In this document: positions 27,316 through 38,035 of the stretch, one piece after another
How the letters are laid out: the number at the start of each line of letters is the position of its first letter
How positions within the stretch are numbered: position 1 is the first letter of the stretch
Assembly (NCBI GenBank): GCA_964489065.1
Contig: CAZAXH010000003.1
Span: forward strand, 127,104-191,103
Source: an uncultured Planctomycetales bacterium
GTDB lineage: Bacteria > Omnitrophota > Gorgyraeia > Zapsychrales > JANLHA01
Direction: 5' to 3'
DNA: 64,000 bases
Notes under the pieces: generated by a model
Seen by the model: the letters and a program-made list of their open reading frames with translations, nothing else
Told to the model about the DNA's origin: nothing
Databases searched by the model: none
Translations under genes and position numbers: made by a program

Positions 27316-28413
27316 ATGAAAAAGATGAAAAATATATTTATTTCCTCAATCTATCAGAATGCGGGGAAGACGACGGTTTCTTTGGGGTTGTATCGGACGT
27401 TTCAGGAACGGAAGCTGAAAACGACTTTTATGAAGCCCGTCGGCCAGCAGACAGTGGATTTCTCCGGGCAGACGGTGGATAAAGACAGTTATTTGATCGG
27501 GGAAGTTTACCGCTGTCAGGAAAAAATTAAATGGATGAGTCCGGTCACTGTCGGACGGGGGTTCACGGAAAAATATATTTTTAATCCGCAGCCGGATACC
27601 CTGCGGCAGAAAATTGAACAATGTTTCCTGTCCTTGACCCAGGGCAAGGACGCTATTATCATTGAAGGCACCGGGCACGCCGGAGTGGGCGCTGTCATTG
27701 ATTTGTCCAATGCGGAGGTGGCCAGCATGTTGCACTCCAAGGTTATTATCGTTTCGGAGGGCGGGATTGGCCGCAGCATCGATGAAATCATGCTGAATAA
27801 AGCGTTGTTTGATGCCAAGCAGGTCCCGGTGTTGGGTGTTATCGTCAACAAAGTCCTTCCCCAGAAATATGAGCGGGTTCAGAAAGCCCTCCAGGAAGGG
27901 TTAAAAAAGAAAGGCCTGCCTCTTCTCGGGCTTATCCCCCAGGATCCCATTCTCAGTTCTCCGACTGTCGGGCAATTGATGAAAGATCTCAATCTGCAGT
28001 TGTTGTGCGGCCACACCAGCCTGAACCGCAAAGTCAAAAACACGATTATCGCCGCCATGGAGCCGTACAATATGATCAATTATATTACCGACGGGACGAT
28101 GGTTATCACGTCCGGAGACCGGGTGGATAATATTCTGGCGGCGGTCAGCTCTCACTTGGTTTCTCAGGGGAAAAAAACGCAGGTTTCGGCGATTATGCTG
28201 ACGGGTGGGCTCACCCCCAACGTCAAGATCATAGACCTTTTGGAGAAAAGCCATATCCCTATTTTGATCACCGAGGACGACACGTATAAAGTGGCCGGTA
28301 AAATAGAAAATTTGATCTGTAAGATTCAGAAGACCGATAAAGATAAAATTGCGGAAGCCCGGCAGCTTGTTAAAAAATACGTTGACGTTGAGGCTATTAT
28401 AAATAACATTTGA
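27316..28413 (+). CDS. Phosphotransacetylase N-terminal-domain-like protein (BioD/CobQ-like P-loop plus DRTGG region), no Pta catalytic domain
   Basis: N-terminal P-loop-like ISSIYQNAGKTTVSLGL, 365 aa; resembles the regulatory N-terminal half of long Pta proteins; AGGAG RBS before Met 27316. Confidence 0.55.
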   Translation: MKKMKNIFISSIYQNAGKTTVSLGLYRTFQERKLKTTFMKPVGQQTVDFSGQTVDKDSYLIGEVYRCQEKIKWMSPVTVGRGFTEKYIFNPQPDTLRQKIEQCFLSLTQGKDAIIIEGTGHAGVGAVIDLSNAEVASMLHSKVIIVSEGGIGRSIDEIMLNKALFDAKQVPVLGVIVNKVLPQKYERVQKALQEGLKKKGLPLLGLIPQDPILSSPTVGQLMKDLNLQLLCGHTSLNRKVKNTIIAAMEPYNMINYITDGTMVITSGDRVDNILAAVSSHLVSQGKKTQVSAIMLTGGLTPNVKIIDLLEKSHIPILITEDDTYKVAGKIENLICKIQKTDKDKIAEARQLVKKYVDVEAIINNI

Positions 28414-28414
28414 T

Positions 28415-29575
28415 ATGAAACAGGCCCCTATTTATATCCTTGAAAGCCTGCGGTCGCCGATCGGAAAAACATTTAAAGGATTCAAGTCTGTTTTTCCGCA
28501 CGCGTTAGCGGCTGCCGTCCTGCGGGCCGGATTAAAACAGGGAGGAATTGCCCCAGAGGCCGTTCAGGAAGTGGTGGTCGGTAACGCGGTGTCGGCCGGG
28601 CTGGGGCAGAATCTGCCGCGGTCAATCGCCTTGGTGGCTGGCGTCCCGGATCATGTTCCCGCATACTCTGTCGGTAACGTGTGCGCCTCCGGCCTTCAGG
28701 CTTTTCTTAATATTATTTGCGCCTTGCGGGCTTCTCCTCTTCACCTGGCCGCTGCGGTCGCTGTGGAATCAGCTTCGCATAATCCGGAGATCATCACGTT
28801 GTCCGGGGAGCGCTTGTCCAGTTTACAGGTGGATGGGCTTCAGTGTTCCATGACGGGCCGGCTGATGGGGGACCTGTGCGAAGACCTGGCCCGGGCGCGT
28901 AAAATTTCCCGTGAGGCCCAGGATCAGTACGCGTTTATGAGTCATTCCCGGGCGTTAAGCGCTCAACGGCGGGGCGATTTTGCCGGGGAACTGGTGCCGA
29001 TTTCCCTGGGAGACAATAAAACGCTGGATCAGGATGAGTGTCCGCGCCCGACGATCAACCTGCAGCGTTTGAGCCAGTTGCCGCCGGTTTTTCAGCCGGA
29101 GGGGACGATCACGGCCGGGAACGCCTCGGCTCCGGCGGACGGGGCGTGCGTTGTTTTGGCCGCGTCGGAGGAGTATATAAAAATGTCCCCGCGCCCTCCT
29201 CTGGCGGCCGTCCGCGGATACGCCTGCGTTTATGTGCCTCCGCGGGATATCTTCGGGGCGGCCGGGGAAGCGGTGAAACAATGCTGCCGGGAATGCGGCT
29301 GGCGACTGGGGGATGTTGATGCTTTTGAAATTTGTGAAGCCTTTGCGGCGGCCGCGCTGGCGGCCCGGGACCAACTGGGTATTCCACAGGACAAACTCAA
29401 TGTTAACGGCGGAGATATTGCCCTGGGGCATCCTTTGGGTGCCGCGGGCTTGCGGTGTCTGGTCACGTTAACGCATGTTTTAAAGCGGCGTAAGCAGACA
29501 AAAGGAGTGGTCTGCGTGTGTTTTGGCGGTGGGGGAGCGATCGCACTAGGGATCGAACGGGTTGGTCTGGCTTGA
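28415..29575 (+). CDS. Thiolase-family acetyl-CoA C-acyltransferase
   Basis: N-terminal RSPIGK, active-site region VGNVCASGLQA, C-terminal NVNGGDIALGHPLGAAG...CFGGGGA thiolase signatures. Confidence 0.75.
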   Translation: MKQAPIYILESLRSPIGKTFKGFKSVFPHALAAAVLRAGLKQGGIAPEAVQEVVVGNAVSAGLGQNLPRSIALVAGVPDHVPAYSVGNVCASGLQAFLNIICALRASPLHLAAAVAVESASHNPEIITLSGERLSSLQVDGLQCSMTGRLMGDLCEDLARARKISREAQDQYAFMSHSRALSAQRRGDFAGELVPISLGDNKTLDQDECPRPTINLQRLSQLPPVFQPEGTITAGNASAPADGACVVLAASEEYIKMSPRPPLAAVRGYACVYVPPRDIFGAAGEAVKQCCRECGWRLGDVDAFEICEAFAAAALAARDQLGIPQDKLNVNGGDIALGHPLGAAGLRCLVTLTHVLKRRKQTKGVVCVCFGGGGAIALGIERVGLA

Positions 29576-29679
29576 GCAGCCATCGGAGAGGTCAGGAAGG
29601 AATGCCAAGTCGGCTGCCGGCCTATTTTAAAAAGATTAAAAGCCAGGAATGGCAATACTTTAAAGATATATAATGCGGG

Positions 29680-31041
29680 ATGAACATTATACGGATTCAT
29701 AAAGGCCGGGACATCTGTTTGCCGGGCGCGGCCGAGCGTAAAAAAATATCATTAGCGCTCCCTTCCACGGTCGCGGTGCAGCCTTCTGATTTTTACGGTC
29801 TGTGTTTAAGGCCGGTTGTTAAGGCCGGGGATTCCGTTAAAGTCGGTTCCCCGCTTTTGGAACATAAGGATGACTGGCGGGTCAAAATTGTTTCTCCTGC
29901 CAGCGGAACGGTCTCCGGGATCATGCGGGGGGAAAAACGATCTTTATCGGCGGTTACGGTCCTTTGCGACGGCAAGCAGGACTCGCTTTCTTTCCCTAAA
30001 ATTTCTGCTGCGGAAATCAAAAATGTTTCTCCGGACAGCCTTGTTGAACGGATGCTGGTTGCCGGCGTGTGGCCGTGTCTTCGGCAGAGGCCTTTTTCTA
30101 AAATAGCGGACCCGGGCCGCCGGCCAAAAGCGATTTTTGTGCAGGCGCATATGACCGACCCCCTGTCCCCGGATTTGGATTTTGTCCTGGAAGGGCGCGA
30201 AGCGCGGTTTCATCAGGGCCTGGAGATTCTTAAAAGATTGACTCCTGGAAACGTGTTTGTCTGCTGTTCTCCTGCGGTGCGTTCTAGCGCGATCCGGGAG
30301 GCGAAAGGTGTTTCTGTCGTCGGGTTTTCCGGTCCGCACCCGGCCGGGAATATCAGTACGTTTATTCATCATCTCGATCCTGTCGGGAAAGGTGATCTTG
30401 TCTGGTATATAGGCGCAGAAGACGTTTGCCGCGTCGCGGACCTTATTTTGGAAGGGCGGTTTATCCCGCGGCGGACGATCGCGGTCACGGGAGAAAGGGC
30501 CCCAGCCCGGTTTTACGGCGAAACGATCTTGGGCGCGCCTCTCCGGCATCTCTTTCCCGGGCCACGGCCGGCCGGCTCGCGCTATATTTCCGGGAGCGTG
30601 TTAAGGGGCACGGATGTCGGCCTGGACGGATACGTATGTTTTTACGACCAGCAGGTGACAGCCCTGCCTCAAGGCGGGAACCGGGAGTTCCTGGGGTGGA
30701 TTCGCCCCGGGGGGAACAAATACAGTTTTTCCCGGACTTTTTTTCCGTCTTTATCCAGGAGGACGGCGGCTCCGATATCCCTAGATACCGACATGCACGG
30801 CAGCCGGCGGGCGATTGTTTTATCCCATCTGTATGACGATTATGTGGCCCTGGATGTTTTAACATATTTCTTGGTCCGCGCGATTACGGCGGGGGATATG
30901 GAAGAAGCCCTTCGCCTGGGGCTTTTGGAATGCGCGCAAGAGGATTTTGCCTTATGCTCGTTCGCCTGCGCATCCAAATTTGACGTGGGCGGCGTGATCC
31001 AACAGGGGCTGACACGGCTCGAAAAAGAGGGAGAGGAATAG
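29680..31041 (+). CDS. nqrA: Na+-translocating NADH:quinone oxidoreductase subunit A
   Basis: 453 aa, soluble subunit; first gene of the contiguous nqrABCDEF order. Confidence 0.8.
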   Translation: MNIIRIHKGRDICLPGAAERKKISLALPSTVAVQPSDFYGLCLRPVVKAGDSVKVGSPLLEHKDDWRVKIVSPASGTVSGIMRGEKRSLSAVTVLCDGKQDSLSFPKISAAEIKNVSPDSLVERMLVAGVWPCLRQRPFSKIADPGRRPKAIFVQAHMTDPLSPDLDFVLEGREARFHQGLEILKRLTPGNVFVCCSPAVRSSAIREAKGVSVVGFSGPHPAGNISTFIHHLDPVGKGDLVWYIGAEDVCRVADLILEGRFIPRRTIAVTGERAPARFYGETILGAPLRHLFPGPRPAGSRYISGSVLRGTDVGLDGYVCFYDQQVTALPQGGNREFLGWIRPGGNKYSFSRTFFPSLSRRTAAPISLDTDMHGSRRAIVLSHLYDDYVALDVLTYFLVRAITAGDMEEALRLGLLECAQEDFALCSFACASKFDVGGVIQQGLTRLEKEGEE

Positions 31042-31045
31042 TTCC

Positions 31046-32230
31046 GTGACGTTTCTGGCCCGAAAACTTCAAAGCCTGGGGCGGCATTTTTCCGCCGGCA
31101 GCCCGTTGGCTAAATTTTATCCTGTTTACGAGGCACTGGACACTTTTTTTTTCACCCCCGGAACCAGAACGCCCCAAGCCCCGTTTATCCGGGACTCACT
31201 CGATTTAAAGCGTGTCATGACCTTTGTTGTTATCAGCCTTTTGCCATGCCTGGCGGCCGGGGTTTACAACACCGGGTATCAGGTTCTTCTGGCGCGGGGA
31301 GAGGATATCCGTTTTTGGGCATGCGTGGGGCAGGGGCTGTTGAAAGTCCTGCCGATCATGCTGGTCGCGTACGCGGCCGGTGGTTTCTGGGAGGTGCTTT
31401 TTGCGGTGGTCCGCAAGCACGAGATCAGCGAAGGATTTCTCGTGACGGGGTTGTTGTGTACCCTTATTATGCCGCCCACAGTTCCCCTTTGGCAGGTCGC
31501 GGCGGGCGTCTCTTTCGGCGTGGTGATCGGGAAAGAGATTTTCGGCGGGACGGGATATAATGTTTTTAATCCGGCGCTGGTGTCTCGAGCGTTTTTGTTT
31601 TTTTCTTATCCGGCGCGGTTTTCCGGGGACCGGGTCTGGGTAGCGGTCGACGGGGTCAGCCGGGCCACGCCGCTGGCGGTGTTGTCCGCGGCCGGTCACG
31701 GCGGGCAGGCGGTGTCGGCCCTGCGGGAGGCCGGATACAGTTTTTCAAACATGTTCTGGGGGTTTATCCCCGGGTGTATCGGCGAGACGTCTAAATTCGC
31801 CTGCCTTTTGGGGCTGGTGTTTCTGTTGGTCACCGGCGTTGCCAGCTGGCGGATTGTCGCAGGTTGCGGCCTGGGGCTGCTTGTTACGAGCAGTTTCCTT
31901 TTTCTGTTGCGGGGGCCGGAGGCGCTCGTGTTTTTTTCTCTTCCGCCGTACTGGCATCTGGTGATGGGCGGGTTCGCGTTTGGGGCGGTTTTTATGGCCA
32001 CGGACCCGGTGTCGTCCTGTGCGACAAATCCCGGGCGGTGGATGTTCGGACTGCTGACCGGGGCGCTTGTCGTTCTGATCCGGGTGTTTAACCCCGCGTA
32101 TCCGGAAGGGGTTATGCTGGCCATCCTTTTTATGAACGCGTTCGCGCCGCTGATTGACCATTGTGTCGTGGAGCGCCACATTAAAAAACGCTCCGCGCGC
32201 CTCAAAGTGTTCAGGGAAAAATCCGGATGA
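31046..32230 (+). CDS. nqrB: Na+-NQR subunit B
   Basis: Polytopic; NqrB/RnfD-family FMATDPVS motif (FMN attachment region); GTG start. Confidence 0.85.
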   Translation: MTFLARKLQSLGRHFSAGSPLAKFYPVYEALDTFFFTPGTRTPQAPFIRDSLDLKRVMTFVVISLLPCLAAGVYNTGYQVLLARGEDIRFWACVGQGLLKVLPIMLVAYAAGGFWEVLFAVVRKHEISEGFLVTGLLCTLIMPPTVPLWQVAAGVSFGVVIGKEIFGGTGYNVFNPALVSRAFLFFSYPARFSGDRVWVAVDGVSRATPLAVLSAAGHGGQAVSALREAGYSFSNMFWGFIPGCIGETSKFACLLGLVFLLVTGVASWRIVAGCGLGLLVTSSFLFLLRGPEALVFFSLPPYWHLVMGGFAFGAVFMATDPVSSCATNPGRWMFGLLTGALVVLIRVFNPAYPEGVMLAILFMNAFAPLIDHCVVERHIKKRSARLKVFREKSG

Positions 32231-32943
32231 AAATTAACAAAGACAGCGCCCTTTATACGTTTGGATTTGTCCTGTTGATCTGTGTTGTCTGCAGTTGTTT
32301 GCTGGCCGCGGTTTCCGAAGGCCTGCGGGCCCGCAAAGAACTGAACGCGGCCAATGACATAAAAAAAAATATTCTTAAAGCCGTGGGCCTTAGAGAGCCG
32401 CTGTCTCGCCAGGCTAGCCCGAAGCAGGTCTTAGATGTATTTCAGAAAAAAATTGAAGAGACCGTGATCGACGCGCAGGGCCGTTTCGTCATTGGAAAAA
32501 AGCCGGACGCGATACAGGCGGGTGAAGAATTCTATCCGCTCTATATTTACCGGGAACAGGGAACTATTGTCGCTTATGCCTTTCCCATCGAAGGCAAGGG
32601 CTTGTGGTCTACGCTTTATGGGTATTTGGCCATTGAAGCGGATGGCCGGACGGTGCGGGGCATCACGTTTTATCAGCATGGCGAAACCCCTGGCCTCGGA
32701 GCGGAAATTGAAGAAGACGGGTTTCAGGATAATTTTAAAGGAAAGAAAATATGGGACGCGGCCGCCGGGACTACGGTCCCTGTCACGGTGGTCAAGGGCC
32801 GGGTGAAAGATGTCATCCCGGACGACCGGCAGGGGTTTTATGTGGACGGCATCAGCGGCGCGACGATGACGTGTGGGGGCGTCAATGCGCTTCTGGCCCG
32901 GTGGCTGAAGGTGTACGAACCGTTTTTAAGAAGCCGAAGATAA
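32227..32943 (+). CDS. nqrC: Na+-NQR subunit C (FMN-binding)
   Basis: Single N-terminal TM plus FMN-binding GISGATMT motif. Confidence 0.85.
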   Translation: MKINKDSALYTFGFVLLICVVCSCLLAAVSEGLRARKELNAANDIKKNILKAVGLREPLSRQASPKQVLDVFQKKIEETVIDAQGRFVIGKKPDAIQAGEEFYPLYIYREQGTIVAYAFPIEGKGLWSTLYGYLAIEADGRTVRGITFYQHGETPGLGAEIEEDGFQDNFKGKKIWDAAAGTTVPVTVVKGRVKDVIPDDRQGFYVDGISGATMTCGGVNALLARWLKVYEPFLRSRR

Positions 32944-32967
32944 TTTGAAACTTAAAGGATATCTGTT

Positions 32968-33600
32968 ATGGCGTTTGGTTTAAGCAAAAAAAACCGTCGG
33001 ATTGTCCGGGAGGCTTTGTGGAACAGCAATCCCGTCACTTTTCATGTCCTGGGGATATGCTCGGCCTTGGCGGTGACCGTGCAGTTGAAAACGGCGCTGG
33101 TGATGGGTGCGACGCTGACGTTTGTGCTGTCTTTGTCCAATACGATCATTTCTCTTTTGAGGAATTTTATCCCCGGTAAGATCCGGATTATCGTGCAGCT
33201 TTTGGTGATTTCCTCCATGGTAGTCATCGCGGATCAGGTCTTAAAGGCGTATATGTACGGTGTCAGCAAGCAGTTGAGCGTGTTTGTCGGCCTGATTATC
33301 ACTAATTGCATTGTGATGGGCCGCGCCGAAGCGTACGCCATGCGCAATCCACCTTTTAAATCTTTTCTGGACGGGATCGGCAACGGGCTGGGGTATAGCG
33401 CGGTTTTAATCTGTGTGGCTGTGTTCCGGGAGTTTTTGGGCAGCGGGACGCTGCTGGGCGCGCGCGTTGTTCCGGAACGCTTTTATTCGTCCGGGTATTC
33501 GGATTGCGGGCTGATGGTTTTGGCTCCGGGGGCGTTTTTCCTTTTGGGCGCGATTGTCTGGCTGCAGCGGTATATATCGGGCTATACCGAAAATCCGTAA
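32968..33600 (+). CDS. nqrD: Na+-NQR subunit D
   Basis: 210-aa 6-TM NqrD/RnfE-family membrane protein in the nqr order. Confidence 0.85.
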   Translation: MAFGLSKKNRRIVREALWNSNPVTFHVLGICSALAVTVQLKTALVMGATLTFVLSLSNTIISLLRNFIPGKIRIIVQLLVISSMVVIADQVLKAYMYGVSKQLSVFVGLIITNCIVMGRAEAYAMRNPPFKSFLDGIGNGLGYSAVLICVAVFREFLGSGTLLGARVVPERFYSSGYSDCGLMVLAPGAFFLLGAIVWLQRYISGYTENP

Positions 33601-33646
33601 GGACGGTCGCCGGCGTCCAAGCAGGCCCCGGGGAGGAGAATATGTT

Positions 33647-34255
33647 ATGTTAGAGCTGATCAATCTGGGAATTAAAAGTGTTTTTGTCGAGAATATCCTG
33701 CTGGCGTATTTCCTGGGGATGTGTTCCTTCCTGGCCTGTTCCAAGAAAATGGAAACCGCTTGGGGGCTGGGGCTGGCCGTTATGTTTGTGATGGTGGTCA
33801 CCGTGCCGGTTAACTGGGCGGCCAACCATTTTTTGTTAAAAAAGGGGGCGCTGGTCTGGGCAGGACTGCCGGAGGTGGATTTGAGCTTTTTGAGGTTTAT
33901 GGCTTTTATTGCGGTCATCGCGGCGATGGTGCAGATTTTGGAAATGGCCATTGATCGGGTCAGCCCGAAACTATACGCCGCTTTGGGAATTTTTTTGCCT
34001 CTTATCGCCGTGAATTGCGCGGTCTTGGGGGGGGCGCTGTTTATCGCGGAGCGGGAGTATTCTTTGGTGGAATCATGGGTGTTTGGGGCCGGGTCCGGAG
34101 CCGGTTGGGCGCTGGCGATCGTCGCTATGGCCGCCATACGGAAAAAGCTCGGGTATTCCGACATTCCCGTGCCGTTGAGGGGGCTTGGGATCACCCTGAT
34201 GCTGACCGGGCTTATGGCGTTAGGGTTCATGTGTTTTGCCGGAATCCGATTGTAA
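33647..34255 (+). CDS. nqrE: Na+-NQR subunit E
   Basis: 203-aa NqrE/RnfA-family membrane protein; GGGAGGAG RBS before Met 33647 (the ORF-track start at 33554 overlaps nqrD). Confidence 0.85.
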   Translation: MLELINLGIKSVFVENILLAYFLGMCSFLACSKKMETAWGLGLAVMFVMVVTVPVNWAANHFLLKKGALVWAGLPEVDLSFLRFMAFIAVIAAMVQILEMAIDRVSPKLYAALGIFLPLIAVNCAVLGGALFIAEREYSLVESWVFGAGSGAGWALAIVAMAAIRKKLGYSDIPVPLRGLGITLMLTGLMALGFMCFAGIRL

Positions 34256-34273
34256 AGGAGAAAACAGAACGCG

Positions 34274-35500
34274 ATGGCGTTTTTACCGTTTGTTTTATTG
34301 AGCACCGCGGTCTTTTCGGGGATTATTTTTTGTCTGGTTTTTGTCCTTCATCTGGCGGAGTCGAGGGTCGCCAGAAAAGGGGCTTGCCGGATCACGCTTA
34401 ATGAAGGCAAAAAGACGCTTGTTGTCGGCGCCGGAAAAAAATTACTGATGGCACTGGCCGAAGAGCGTGTCTTCCTGCCTTCGGCCTGTGGCGGCGGCGG
34501 CACGTGCGGGGTGTGCAAGTGCCGGGTCCTGGAAGGCGGGGGAGACATCCTTCCTACGGAAACAGGCCTGTTGACCCGGCGTGAACAAAAAGACCGAATG
34601 CGCCTCGCCTGCCAGGTGAAGGTTCGGGAGGATCTGGTCATCCGCGTGCCGGAGGAAGTTTTTAATATCAGAAAGTTTGCCTGCGCCGTGCGGTCTAACG
34701 CCAACGTCGCCACGTTTATCAAAGAACTGGTGCTGGATGTGCCGGAGCCCTTTGATTTTAAAGCCGGTGCGTACGTTCAGGTTTATGTTCCGCCGTACCG
34801 GCTGAGTTTTCGGTCTTTTGATATTCCTCCTCGGTACCGCCCGGACTGGGACGAGAGCGGGCTCTGGGGGTTGACCGCCGAAAACAACGAGGAAACGTTC
34901 CGGGGGTATTCCATGGCCAATCATCCCGGCGAAAAAGGAAAGCTCGTGCTGAATGTCCGCATCGCCCTTCCGCCGTCCCGGGACATGGGCGTGCCGGCGG
35001 GGATTGTTTCGTCTTATCTGTTTAACCTGAAACCCGGAGACACAGTGGAGGTCAGCGGCCCGTACGGTGAATTTTTTATTAAGGAGACTCAAAGGGAAAT
35101 GATTTATATCGGCGGCGGGGCCGGGATGGCGCCGTTAAGAAGCCATTTGATGTTTTTGTTTCGCGAGCTCAAGACCCGGGACCGCCAGATCTCTTTTTGG
35201 TACGGCGCCCGTTCGTTCCGGGAGATGTTTTATGCGGAGGAGTTTCGCGCCCTGGAGAAGGATTTTTCAAATTTTTCTTATACCGTAGCCCTGTCCGAGC
35301 CGCGTGCCTTTGATAACTGGAGCGGGCCGACCGGGTTTATTCATCAGGTTTTATATGACCAGTATTTAAAAAACCACAAGGAGCCGGAAGAGGCGGAGTA
35401 TTACCTTTGCGGGCCGCCGGCCATGATCGACGCGGTTTTGGGCCTGTTGGATTCACTGGGCGTGCCGCCGGACATGGTCGCTTATGACAAATTCGGGTAA
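34274..35500 (+). CDS. nqrF: Na+-NQR subunit F (2Fe-2S ferredoxin plus FAD/NADH-binding)
   Basis: N-terminal TM, CGGGGTCGVCKC 2Fe-2S motif, RGYSMAN FAD-binding motif and GGGAGMAP NADH-binding motif. Confidence 0.9.
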   Translation: MAFLPFVLLSTAVFSGIIFCLVFVLHLAESRVARKGACRITLNEGKKTLVVGAGKKLLMALAEERVFLPSACGGGGTCGVCKCRVLEGGGDILPTETGLLTRREQKDRMRLACQVKVREDLVIRVPEEVFNIRKFACAVRSNANVATFIKELVLDVPEPFDFKAGAYVQVYVPPYRLSFRSFDIPPRYRPDWDESGLWGLTAENNEETFRGYSMANHPGEKGKLVLNVRIALPPSRDMGVPAGIVSSYLFNLKPGDTVEVSGPYGEFFIKETQREMIYIGGGAGMAPLRSHLMFLFRELKTRDRQISFWYGARSFREMFYAEEFRALEKDFSNFSYTVALSEPRAFDNWSGPTGFIHQVLYDQYLKNHKEPEEAEYYLCGPPAMIDAVLGLLDSLGVPPDMVAYDKFG

Positions 35501-35547
35501 AAGCAGCCGGACAAGCGGTATCCATTTATAAAGGAGAAGGAAACGCG

Positions 35548-36333
35548 ATGCCAAATCATCCTACCGTGACCGCGGTTGTGATCACGAAAAACGAAGAGGC
35601 CCGGATCCGGGCCTGCCTGGATTCCCTGAAGGGCTGGGTCGATGAAATTGTCGTGGTCGATGATATGTCAGAGGACCGCACGGTGGAGATCGCCCGGGAC
35701 GAGTACGGGGCGACCGTGATCCGGCACCCGTTGGAGCAGGATTTTGCCGCCCAGCGCAACCGCGGCATGGCGGCCGCGCGCTCGGAATGGATTCTGGAAA
35801 TGGACGCCGATGAGGTTGTCCCTCCGGAATCCGCCCGGAAGATCAAGGAAGGCCTGGCCGCGGCCGGGGAATGCCAGGGTTTTGTCATCCAGAGGATTAA
35901 TTGCGTTTTTGACCGTCCGCTCAAAAATCCGGGCCGCTCTGACAGCCTGCGCATCGTGAGAAAAAATAAAGGCCAAAGCCGCGGCGTCGTCCATGAATCC
36001 CTTTTTGTCGACGGACCGGTTGGCCGGTTGGAGGCCTGTGTCTATCATTACAACCTGCCTTGTATCAGCCATTTCATCGAGAGGAACAACCATTATTCCG
36101 ATTCGGAAAGCGAAGAGATCGTGTCGACCGAAGGCCGGATTTCCGCCGCGAAGTATAAGAAGCTGATTTTATTTAAGAGTGCGAGGATTTTTTATAAAAG
36201 TTATTTTAAAAATAAGGGCCGCCAGGACGGAATTCACGGGTTTATCCGCGCCGTGCTCCACGCCGTCAAGCCGGTGCTCGTGTGGCTGAAAGTCCTGGAG
36301 CGGGCCATTAAAGACGGGAAGCTGGATCCCTAA
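35548..36333 (+). CDS. Family 2 glycosyltransferase (GT-A fold)
   Basis: AVVITKNEE...VVVDDMSEDRT...EMDADE (DxD) GT2 motifs; translationally adjacent to the GT-C paralog. Confidence 0.75.
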   Translation: MPNHPTVTAVVITKNEEARIRACLDSLKGWVDEIVVVDDMSEDRTVEIARDEYGATVIRHPLEQDFAAQRNRGMAAARSEWILEMDADEVVPPESARKIKEGLAAAGECQGFVIQRINCVFDRPLKNPGRSDSLRIVRKNKGQSRGVVHESLFVDGPVGRLEACVYHYNLPCISHFIERNNHYSDSESEEIVSTEGRISAAKYKKLILFKSARIFYKSYFKNKGRQDGIHGFIRAVLHAVKPVLVWLKVLERAIKDGKLDP

Positions 36334-36335
36334 GG

Positions 36336-37889
36336 ATGGACGTTGTGTTCTCTTTGACTTCAACGCGTAAAAGTTTTTTGCTTTTGGCTGGCGTTTTTAT
36401 TTTCAGCCTGGCTTTAAGGCTCGCTTTGATCAGCAAGGGGCCTTATAATCTCGACACGCTGAACCTCGCGATCCAGTCCCAGAGAACGCTCGAGACCGGC
36501 CGGCTGCATCATTTGTTCGGGACTGGGTATCCGTTGACGGTGTTGCTCGGGGCGCTTTTTATCTTAGCGGCGGATATGTTCACCGCCGCTGACCCTGTTT
36601 TTGCGGTGAACCTGATGAGCGTGGTTTTCAGCGCCGGGGCGGTGGCGCTGATTTATCTTGTCGCCCAAGAGCGCTATGGCCGGACAGCGGCGGCATGGGC
36701 CGCCGCGTCGTTTTCCCTGTGCCCGATTTTTATGTCGCTTTCTGTTTACGGCATGAGCCACGCCCCGGAGATGTTTTTTCTTCTGTTAAGCGTGTTATTG
36801 TTGCAGCGGTTCTTCAAAAGCGGCCGCTTCCAGGACATGGTTCTGTCCGCGGCGTGTTTTGGTGCCATGGGCGCGGCCAGACTGCAGGACATGGTTCTCC
36901 TCTTTCCGGCCGTGTGTTTTTGGGTGACGTTCGGGCAGCCCGCGGCAACAGGGCTGCCCCGTATATCCTTAAAAAGCCGGGGTATACGCCTTGTGGTTTT
37001 TTCCATCGTATCCGTGGGCACAGCGGTCGCGTTTCATCTCCCGTATTTCCTGCAGAATAACCAGATGTATGGCGAAAACCTGTCGCAGTTTTGGCAGAGA
37101 GGGCTTCAGCATAAATATTTGGGGGTTTTGACGCCCCATTTATTGATCGCCGGAGATCATCTGGCGGAAAATTTTACCTGGCCAGGGCTGATTTTAAGCC
37201 TTTTAGGGCTGGCGCTGATCGTCCGCCATGAGGCGACTCGGGGGATATTTTTTTTGCTCTGGATCGCCGGGCCGCTTTTTTTTTACGGGAACCATCGTTT
37301 TATCATTAACCCGCGTTTTTTGTGCGTGATCCTTCCCCCGCTGGTGATCGGACAAGGATATATGATGGTGAAGGTGCTCCGGAAATACCCGGCGGCCCGC
37401 TGGGTGTTGATCCCGGTGTTTGTTCTCATGATTTATGGGACGTTCAGCCGGGTTTATCCGGTATTGAAGTTCCGTCACGAACACGCCCTGTTGCCGGATT
37501 TTGTCCGGTGGGTCGCCGCGAAGGTTGAGCCGGGCGCCCGGATCATCACCGCGGATGAAGCGCTTTTTTATAAGCATTACACGTCGTGCGAGATCTTTCC
37601 TCGGCCTGCGGATGTGCTCCGTTCGGCGCCCGAAGACTTGGCGCGTTTTTACAACACGCTGGACGCGCTCCTGGACCGGGATGTCCCGGTTTATATCACG
37701 ACCGCTTCGCTTTATGCGTATGACCGGGACCGCCATTTTTCCGGTTACTTTAAAAGCCGTTACCCCGGGGAGCGGGTTGGGAGCCATTATTACGAAGATT
37801 GGCACATGGGATCCGCCCAGATCCAGGTCTTTTTGTTTGACTTGTACCGGGTGAGAAAGGAAAGAAAGGAAAGGGACAGTCCCCCATAA
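36336..37889 (+). CDS. GT-C-fold membrane glycosyltransferase-like protein, paralog 2
   Basis: 517 aa; shares GPYNLDTLNLAIQSQ...GYPLTVLL and PVYIT...HFSG...YEDWH blocks with 18379..19923. Confidence 0.55.
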   Translation: MDVVFSLTSTRKSFLLLAGVFIFSLALRLALISKGPYNLDTLNLAIQSQRTLETGRLHHLFGTGYPLTVLLGALFILAADMFTAADPVFAVNLMSVVFSAGAVALIYLVAQERYGRTAAAWAAASFSLCPIFMSLSVYGMSHAPEMFFLLLSVLLLQRFFKSGRFQDMVLSAACFGAMGAARLQDMVLLFPAVCFWVTFGQPAATGLPRISLKSRGIRLVVFSIVSVGTAVAFHLPYFLQNNQMYGENLSQFWQRGLQHKYLGVLTPHLLIAGDHLAENFTWPGLILSLLGLALIVRHEATRGIFFLLWIAGPLFFYGNHRFIINPRFLCVILPPLVIGQGYMMVKVLRKYPAARWVLIPVFVLMIYGTFSRVYPVLKFRHEHALLPDFVRWVAAKVEPGARIITADEALFYKHYTSCEIFPRPADVLRSAPEDLARFYNTLDALLDRDVPVYITTASLYAYDRDRHFSGYFKSRYPGERVGSHYYEDWHMGSAQIQVFLFDLYRVRKERKERDSPP

Positions 37890-38035
37890 GGGACAGGGCG
37901 CTCGTTTGATATAATGACGAAACAGGCGCAGGGTGTTATTATAGGAGCGTAGAAAGAAGCCCTCCCGGCTGGGGCTAATTTAAAATTTTGTTGTTTGGTG
38001 TAAAAGATAAGCACTTTCTCTGGGTATCAGGCGCG

